From the NCBI RefSeq assembly GCF_009914755.1, contig NC_060931.1: 64,000 bases of DNA, one strand, 5' to 3'. A program made the translations under genes and the position numbers. The notes under the pieces are model-generated. The model was not told the DNA's origin. It ran no database searches and saw nothing but the letters and a program-made list of their open reading frames with translations. The stretch comes from the human T2T-CHM13v2.0 reference genome, Homo sapiens. Positions 40,255 through 64,000 of the stretch are shown here, piece by piece; position 1 is the first letter of the stretch, and each line of letters opens with the position of its first letter.

Positions 40255-40440
40255 TGTCCAGGGATTGATTGACACTTTACAAGACTCAAACACGTTGCAC
40301 GTGGCACTCCCCAGATTATTGCCCTATAAATGAGTATGCAGCACGTTGACTGCTTCATGACCGGGAGGAATCCAGCCCGACACAAGTAAACAGACGACTG
40401 CAGTACCGCCCAATAACGCTAATAGGTGCTTTGAGAGAAG
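40255..40440. promoter_or_regulatory. Candidate enhancer with PBX-MEIS/PREP, E-box, FOX and PAX-like motifs
   Basis: TGATTGACA (40266-40274), CACGTG (40298-40303), GTAAACA (40386-40392); retained CpGs. Confidence 0.5.
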
Positions 40441-40717
40441 TGAGTTCAGGGTTCGCTTTCCAAGCTCAGGGTTAGTGACTGGCTTGCTGGGCAAATTACT
40501 CACTCTGCCTGGGGGCAAGGAGATGTCCAGGAAGGCTTCCTGGAGGAGGGGACAACTCAGCTAATAACCTTTAAGAGCACCAGGAGTGCAATTCTCTTGT
40601 TGGCAAGAGAGTGATTAATACCGGAGGTGGGTCCACTGTGTGGAGGAGAGAGTGGAGGGACAGTGAGAGAGGAGAAAAAGTTAGGGACAAGCTCAGAATC
40701 TCTTGGAGCTAGAGCGT

Positions 40718-41812
<1,095 letters not shown>

Positions 41813-42054
41813 TAGCATATGATAAAGAGGGCCTTACATCAGTGAGGTAAGCATGGGCTTTTTAATAAATGGTGTTGGTAAAACCAGGAAACCACCTGGA
41901 AACAAATAAAACTGAATCTGTTCGCCAGAACACAAAAACAAATTCCAAATGGGCCCAAGATTTAGATGTAAACATTAAAATCATAAGAGAACCAGAAGAA
42001 ATATGAATGAATCCCTTTATAACTTTGGATTGGGGACCATCTTCCAATGACTTA

Positions 42055-42453
<399 letters not shown>

Positions 42454-42808
42454 TTAATTAATTAATTAATAACAATAATGAACAACTTCTACATGACAAA
42501 GAACATCATATGCAAAGTAAGTCAAAAGATAAACAGGGAGAAAATATTTGCAACTCATATTACAGCCAAGGGGCTGCTCTCCCTAATATGTAAAAAGTTC
42601 TTACAAAAAAAAGAGAAAAAACACCAAAAATCTGGTGGAAAAATGGGCAAAGGATTTGAACAGAGCATTCCAGAGAAAAGAAATATAAGTGGGCTTTAAA
42701 CATATGAAAATGCTCAACCTTATTCACATTAAGAGAAAAATGGGCCTCGGTGGTGGCTCACACCTGTAATACCAGCACTTTGGGAGGTTAAAACAGGAGG
42801 ATCACTTA

Positions 42809-43018
<210 letters not shown>

Positions 43019-43454
43019 TCAAAAAAAGAAAAGAGCGAGAGAAATGAATTATACACCACACCAGAATACCATTTCTTACCTATCAGATAGGCCAAAATCC
43101 AAAATTATGCCAACACGGTCCAAGGATGAGGCTATTGTGTAGGCAAACAGGCCGTCTGGTATGTTGCTGGTGGGAATGCAAAATGATACAACCCCCAGTG
43201 GCAAGTGGTTTAGTAATTCTTATCAAAGTTACGGATGCATTCACCCTATGGCCTGTCAGTCCCACTTCTGGGAATTTGTTCAACAGTGCCACCTTGAACA
43301 TGTAAGAAATGATGTACATATAAGCTTAATCATCGCAGCTGCGTGTAACAGCAGAAAGCTGGCAGCAATCCAGTTGTTTCACACATTATGCAAAAAGACA
43401 GTGAAATAAATCATGGTACATCCACACAATGAAATACTATGAAGCTGTTGAAAA

Positions 43455-43541
43455 AGGAGGAGGAGGAGAAAGAGGAAGAGGAGGTGGGAGAGGGGAAGAA
43501 GAGGAGGTGGGAGAGGGGAAGAAGAGGAGGAAGAGGAGAAA
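43455..43541. repeat. GA-rich tract with a 23-bp tandem duplication (43478-43523)
   Basis: gaggaggtgggagaggggaagaa twice. Confidence 0.9.
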
Positions 43542-43830
43542 GCTCTCTATACCTTGACGTGGAAAGATCTCCCAGATAGAATATTGGGTAAAAACACAAG
43601 GAGTAGAACACCATAGGCTGGTGGGGTGTCTCATGCCTGTAATCCCAGCACTTTGGGAGGCTGAGGCAGGAGGAGTGCTTGAGCCCAGGAGTTCGAGACC
43701 AGCCTGGGCAACATAGCGAGACCTCGTCTCTGCAACAAATCTTTTAAATTAACTGGCATGGTGGCTCACACCTGTAGTCCCAACTACTTGGGAAGCTGAT
43801 GTGGAAGGATTGCTTGAGGCTGGAAGGTCA

Positions 43831-44298
<468 letters not shown>

Positions 44299-45328
44299 CT
44301 AATTGTTCCTCTAGGGATCAGGGGGATGAGATCCCTGGGACATGGATAGTGGGACTTGTGATCAATGCCTTTTCATAGCAGTTTGGACGTCAAACCGTGT
44401 GAACATGTTACATATCCACACTTTTGTAATGATATTAACATAAACAACTTACCAAGAAAGTAAACATCGATATTTATCAGGTATAGGTCTGGTGGTTTGT
44501 TCATCCCTGAATACCAAGTCCTAGATCCATGGGAACTTGCCCCCCATTTTGGGGGAAACAGCAATGGGGAGCCATTGAAAGTCTCTGAGCAGGGCAGGCA
44601 CATGGTGAACCCAAGAAAGCCCATAGCCCTGCAGCCAGTGCTCAGGGCCAATGGACAGCTGCAGGGCCAGGGGACCTATGGCTGCGGCAATAGGGGCAGC
44701 TTTGGATGAAAGCGGAACTTCCTTGGGGGCTCAAGCCCCCATGCACCCCCGTATCCAATGTCCAAGCTGCCCTGGAAGCAGCTTATCGCTCAGCTCTTGC
44801 CTTCTGCTTCCTACATAGGGAGGAGATTTCTACGATCGGGAGAGAGTCGGCACCCGACAGGGCTCAAGGAAGTCCACAAGAGCCGGTTTCCAAGACCTGG
44901 GGCTCGGGCTGGGCTGGCTGAGCCCAGGCCCCTCAACCATGGCAAGTTGCTGAGAAGCCCTGCATGGCAGCTCTGATACCCAATGGGGACCTAGTGGGTG
45001 TCCCTCTTCTCCCTTTCAAAATGAAGACATCCTTCCAGCTGCAGCTCAGGTATAAGTGAAGACAGAGGGACTCTTAGGATCACTCTCCACACCCCACCTC
45101 CTTCAGGAAGCCTTCCTGGGCCATCAGGACGGTGGAACACCTCTTCAGCCTCCGTCTCCTGGACCAAAACTTGCCCTGCTGCCCTCTCCGAGTCCTCCGT
45201 CCAGGGCTGCGACCCTTGATCCTGACTTCACACCACCCCATGACCAGCCCCCCAGCACTGGCATGCTAGTCCTTCATCTGCAGCTCCCAGCCCCTCACCT
45301 TTCCTGCCCCTGTGTGGGAGCTTGTCCA

Positions 45329-45472
45329 TACAAACATTTTGCAAACTGTAAAGGGCTGCGTACCGACAAACACTTTGCAAACTGTAAAGGGCTGTGCACT
45401 GACAAGCACTTTGCAAACTGTAAAGGACTGTGCACCCACAAGCACTTTGCAAATGCTAAAGGGCCATGTACC
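45329..45472. repeat. Minisatellite, 36-bp unit GACAAACACTTTGCAAACTGTAAAGGGCTGTGCACT, 4 copies
   Basis: Units start at 45329, 45365, 45401 and 45437. Confidence 0.95.
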
Positions 45473-45656
45473 GGCAATGTCTCCTGAGGTTAGGAGGAGA
45501 GGGAGGGAGAGGAGAAAGCCTCTGACTGTGGTTCTCCACCACAGGCCTGGGTTTTACTGCCCTCATGAAATGCTGTGTTTGCTCGGCACCCCACCCGGTG
45601 GCTTGTACACACCTGTACGCGGAAAGCTGTAATTTTGCAGCATTAATCACAGGTAG

Positions 45657-48214
<2,558 letters not shown>

Positions 48215-48239
48215 GAGGGGCTATACCATACTTAATAAA

Positions 48240-49655
<1,416 letters not shown>

Positions 49656-49684
49656 TTTTTTTTTAAAAGGACTATATCAGTTAT

Positions 49685-50010
49685 CAGTTGTTCTTAGCCT
49701 CAGAGACACATTTGATCACCAAGAGGCCAAGAGAGTTGTGTGTCTTGCTTTTATTTATTTATTTTTTTTAGAGATAGGGTTTTGCTACGTTGCCCAGGCT
49801 GGTCTCAAACTCCTGGCCTCAAACCATCCTCCTGCCTCGGCCTCCCAAAGTGTTGGGATTATAGGTGTGAGCCACAGTGCTTGGCCCCCAAGAGAGGTTT
49901 TTAATACTGTGTCCTGGCCCCTCCTGGGATCAGTTGAACCAGTATCTTGGGAGAGGCCCAGGCATGGTTAGTTATTAAAAATCCCCAGTCGATGTTCATG
50001 GCAGCCCCTG
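49685..50010. mobile_element. MER5-like hAT-Charlie element interrupted by a monomeric Alu (-, 49748-49886)
   Basis: ttgttcttagcctc...gaaccagtatcttgggagaggcccaggcat...ccccag; TSD caagagag. Confidence 0.6.
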
Positions 50011-50050
50011 TTGAAGGGTGGGCTATATGTAAATTACTTGGCCCAGAGTA

Positions 50051-51887
<1,837 letters not shown>

Positions 51888-52532
51888 AGCAACTGCCCTT
51901 TCAAATCCAGCCAGTGCCTACTTGTTAACACCTATCGCATGCCAGTCCCCCAGCCCAGCATCATCATGGCCACAGGCTCCCCTCCTGCAGTCACCCATAT
52001 GCCTGAACATGTCACATCCTACAGTCACCCTGTAAGCCACATGCTCCCGGAGTCCCTAATACTGATGGCAGAACTAAAGCTCAGAGAGGAGAAGACACTC
52101 AGCCAACATCACACAGCTTGTGGAACCCAGGACCGCCTGTCTCGCTGCCCCAGGCTGGTTCCCCAGTCAGGACCCACCACTTCCTCTGAGCCTGGAGGAT
52201 GAGGGGAGGTGTTGGCAGAAAGCCACCCTAGTGCTCCGAGCAAACAAGAGCAGGATTGATCTCCAGAGCCAAGCTGAGCCCACGCAGCCGAAGATGGCAG
52301 CACTGTCATCTCCAGGGTGCCTGGGCCTCAGCCCAGAGACATAGTTCTACCTGCCCAGCCTGATCCCTGAATTCCTAGACATCCCAGCCCAGGAAAGCCA
52401 AGTTCCCAGGAAAGCAATTCTTACTAAGGTGTGAATGGCTGATAGCCAGTCCTTTCCTGAAAGGGAGTGACAGCATGGGGACACTGAGTTCCAGAAGCAA
52501 AAGAAAGGGGAAGGTACTAAAAATAAAATCTT

Positions 52533-55651
<3,119 letters not shown>

Positions 55652-55733
55652 GACAAGGTCTCATCCTTTCCTGGTTGGGTCTTGAGAAATCACCTCTCTG
55701 AGCCACACAAGATTCCCTCCAAAAACAGTCCCA

Positions 55734-55747
55734 CATCTAGAGGGCAC
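55734..55747 (+). promoter_or_regulatory. CTCF-like motif CATCTAGAGGGCAC
   Basis: Matches the CTAGAGGGCAC core, with mismatches at the 5' end. Confidence 0.4.
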
Positions 55748-55969
55748 AGAGCCGTCTCTGCCCTTGCACCCCTTCCACAGTGATTGTGGACTCTGGGATG
55801 AAGGGACAGCTGCACCCATGCCCCCTTCTGCCTGTTCTCACATCCTTCCAATCCTAGACCACCCCTCACCCTGTTCTCTTGGGAACCCCAGCTGCCCTCA
55901 GCCCCAGACCCCCCGAACCATACTCCCACTGGGACCTGGGCTGCCTTAATCCGAGCCCCCTCCCTCCCT

Positions 55970-56520
55970 GCAAAAGGCTGCGAACGCTTTTGAGGGCTGG
56001 AACATCTGGCTAATGGCGGGGAAAGTGCTGAGACGACAGGTTATTTCAACACTGTCATCATCTGTTGGGTATTTCAACACTCAGTGCTTGTGCAAGAGAC
56101 TTAATGGGACCTGTCATAAACTCACGCTGTCTCAAAGCTCGGGCACGTCGCGGCGGGGCTGATGGGGAGTTGTCAGGGTTTAGCAATAGGCCCTGTCTTG
56201 GGGCCCGTAGCCTCCTTAAGGGTTATTTGTCTCCACTGTGGAAGGCTCAGAGAGAAATCTCAAGATGTCAGAGAAAATCCCGAGCAATTACCTCCCGGGG
56301 TAATTAGATGGTGGCACAGATAGCCTGTCTTCCTGCCTTCCCTCCTGCCCGGCAGAGGGAGGGAGAGAGGGGGACCAGCCGGTCCAGCCCCCTGCGCCAG
56401 CCCCGTGGGGGAAAGAGGCCGCAGATGACCTCATGGAAGCAACGGTGGTGAATCATGGCCCAGACCACATTCACATTTCCCCGGGGGTGGGCAAGCGTGT
56501 TGATCACCGGAGGGGCAGCT
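55970..56520. promoter_or_regulatory. Candidate developmental enhancer, CpG-enriched
   Basis: TATTTCAACACT twice, CTGTCATAAA (56111-56120), AATTACC-N6-GGTAATT (56286-56305). Confidence 0.5.
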
Positions 56521-57063
56521 TCAACACCCAGAGAGATGGGGGGCAGGTCGGGGAGTAGGGGTGCTCCAGGATGTTTGATTCGGTTCAGCCCTGATCCAAG
56601 ACTTTGTCTGAACTCAATCGCCTCTCTAAAAGGCTACACAGGGTGGAGGGCGGGGTAGCGCCTCCCGAAACCAGGAGGCGAGGTCCCCGGGAGGGAGGTC
56701 GCCGACCACACTTGTGAGGGCTGTGCAGAGTTCCCCACCACTGGCTCTCCCGGGGCAAGTAAGAGGCCCTGCCCCATGCCGGCAACACCGGAAATGGACT
56801 AAACTGGGCAGAGCAGAGACTCTAGGGCCTCAGACAGCCCCACTGCCCGGGAAGAGGGGCAATGGCTCAGCTACAGAGGCCTCTTGGTATGGGGATTCAT
56901 AGGAGGGCCCTGGGGAGGCCTGAGGGATGAGTGATCAGACTCCCTCAAAGAAAACCAGAGCCCCAGCTGAGAACCAGCTCGGTGCCCATCCACCCTCCCC
57001 GTTCCACCCCAACACGCTTATCCCCAGAGTGTTCCGGAGAGGTGGTTCCAACTAGGGGTCTGG

Positions 57064-57095
57064 TGGGAGTTCATGAGGATGGGAGTTCATGAGGA
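57064..57095. repeat. Perfect 16-bp tandem duplication TGGGAGTTCATGAGGA
   Basis: Read directly. Confidence 0.95.
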
Positions 57096-57479
57096 AAGAG
57101 AGCACAGGATCCCCAGCCCTGGATGGGACAGGCGGGGAGGTGCCGGGAAGAACACCCAGGGAGAAGGAAGAACATGGAGAACGCGGAGAACGCATCGGGT
57201 ACGCCAGCAGGACTGTGTGCCTGGAAACCAGAATGCAGGCCATTAAGACACGGACCGGGCAGGCCTGGGCAGGGCAGCCCACGAGTGCAGATCCCTTGGG
57301 GCACTGGGGAGCCACAGAAGGTCTTTGATCCCTGCAGTTACACATATACCAAGGGACTTTGAGCCCCTTCTCAGGATCGGTCTGGCAGCAGCTAGGGAAG
57401 AGTTCTAGGGGTGGGTAGGAGGAGGTGGGAGGTGCAAGAAGTCGGAGAATAACCTAAGTGAGGACAACCGCCAGGATGA

Positions 57480-60250
<2,771 letters not shown>

Positions 60251-60509
60251 AAAAAACAGAAATACAAATACAGAGCAAGGAGAATGCACTGGAAACCCAA
60301 GAGTGAGGAGTTTGAGGGCTGGGACAGGGGTGACAGGAAGGATGACATTCCCTCCTGCATGCCCCATGGCAGGCCACGTGCCAGGAACGAGATGCCCACA
60401 GTCCCTACTCCTACCCCCCCAGCTCTGAACCCAGGCAGGGCTGCATACAGCATGCTGAGAGGCCCCTAGCTTCTGAGAATGGGGCCCAGGAGGGCATCCA
60501 GACTGGCTC

Positions 60510-60790
60510 TGACCCCTCGCTCTGGAGCAGCCTCCCGGCCCGGCCTCCCACTTGGCGCGGGGCAGCCCGGACGCCGTGGCTCAGGCCAAGGGCCTCCCGC
60601 CGTGGCCTCCCCCTCGGCTGCGCTGGATGGTACCGTCTCCTCACGCATCTGCCAGTTTACATTTCCCCAACGAAAAGCAGCTTTGTTTATGGAAAGAGCT
60701 ATTTTGGTTCCACGATTTCCCTCCACTCCTCCGGCTCACAGGCGGGATGGCGGCTGCTCTCTTGGGGAGCTAGGAGGAGCCGTGGAGCCA
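60510..60790. promoter_or_regulatory. CpG-rich candidate enhancer
   Basis: Retained CpGs around an AT core CTTTGTTTATGG (60681-60692) and MEF2-like GCTATTTTGG (60698-60707). Confidence 0.45.
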
Positions 60791-61407
60791 TCTCCACCCT
60801 CTTGGGGAGGGGACCGCAGGGCTCTGGCAGGTGGAAGGGGACAGAGACCAGGGACACAGTGCCATCACCCCCACGAAGGCTCTGAGAAAAGGACCAATGC
60901 ACAAACCATGTCCAACACCAGGTCAGGGCAACCCTGCCCAGAGGCAGGAGAATGGGGTCCCCACGAGCTGCTGACTTGGGCACGGCACACTCTGCCTGCC
61001 CCAACCATGTGCCCTGGGCTCTTGGACCATACCCTCCTCTTCCCACAGCTCTGCCTGGTAAGGAGGGTTATTATCCCCATTGCACAGATGAGCAATTGAG
61101 GGTCCTGGAGATGACGAAGCATCTGCAAAATTATAAAACTTGGGGACAAGGGGCAGAGTTCCCTTCCCGGGACCCGGGGGTCTGACCCCAGATCTCATGC
61201 TTCTTCCCCTGATGCCACCCTGTGATGGAAGTAGAGACACACGTCTCATAGAGACGGGAGCCAGTAGGAGTCCAGGGTCACTGTCATGCCTCAAAAAAGG
61301 TGTGGCAAACATTAACTCCAGTCACAGGAGGCAGCAAACCAAGTGTGAGTGGTAATAGTCCAGTTTACAGTATGGAGGCCTGCCTGGAAGGAAACTTCAG
61401 TTTCCTA

Positions 61408-62116
<709 letters not shown>

Positions 62117-62149
62117 CTACTCTTCCCTCCAGATGAAGAGCTCCTGGCT

Positions 62150-62612
62150 GGGGGTCAGACATATTCCTTTTGCCTCCCTGAACACCTCCAAATGCCCCTC
62201 CTCTGTCTGGGGAATTCCCCACCTTGTGAATTACATCCACCTTTTCAGACTCTCTTGCAGCTAAGGTTTAATCATGTGACCTGGGCTCCACCAATCCATG
62301 CACCCATCAGACTCAGAATGAGAAGCAATGACCCAGGAAGTAGAGGCCATGTGGAATCCATTCTGGCTAGCAAAGGGTCAGCTCCCACATCCAGTTTCTG
62401 AAGGCAGCACCATGACCCACGTCAGAGCCCAGTGGAAGGCCAGCCTGGCATGTGGTGGGATTTGGGGCCTCGCTTCTGATTGTACAGCCTCAGAGCCTGG
62501 GACTCTGGCTTTCGGGGAGATACTGAGTTACATAGGAGCTTTGAATAAATTCCTTATCTGCCTAACCCAGCCAGAGTGGGTTTCTGTGTCTGGAATTACA
62601 GACCCTGATGTG
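62150..62612 (+). mobile_element. ERVL LTR (LTR33/LTR16-like)
   Basis: cttgcagctaagg...catgtgacctgggctccaccaatc...aataaattccttatctgcctaa...gccagagtgggtttctgt. Confidence 0.7.
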
Positions 62613-62674
62613 CTCACCTCAGGACAATGAAAATGCTCTGGGAAGCCCTGGCTCAACCCAGCTGACAAGAGTCA

Positions 62675-64000
<1,326 letters not shown>

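Noticed and set aside
45312-45487. DKHFANCKGLCT repeat as a Cys/His metal-binding protein
   Set aside because: By-product of a 36-bp minisatellite; frames are open on both strands and there is no exon context
60479-61099. 206-aa ATG ORF
   Set aside because: Composition follows local GC content, no recognisable homology, and it ends in a MIR fragment

Overview
Human genomic DNA (a human-specific AluYb8 lies at 32334-32631). It looks intergenic or deep-intronic: I find no credible protein-coding exon, tRNA, rRNA, CRISPR array or processed pseudogene, and the supplied ORFs are mostly Alu-, simple-repeat- or GC-driven. By hand count, roughly a third of the window is about 70-80 Alu copies or fragments. 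Older elements include MIR, L2, L1M, MaLR LTRs (THE1/MST, MLT1), an ERV1 LTR, an ERVL LTR and DNA transposons (Tigger5/MER47, MER5, MER91). Between the repeats are several repeat-free islands rich in homeodomain, PBX-MEIS, HOX, SOX, TCF and FOX motifs. There is also a small CpG island with a near-consensus CTCF site, bracketed by two long palindromes. This pattern suggests a distal regulatory landscape of a developmental gene (inference; I cannot name the locus). The best-supported oddities are structural: a ~300-bp Alu-Alu tandem duplication, a four-armed Alu, two minisatellites apparently born from MIR tails, a two-family chimeric LTR, and three head-to-head Alu pairs at TTAA-centred sites. 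I found no evidence for a novel coding or defence system. Repeat subfamily names come from recalled consensus features and boundaries are approximate.
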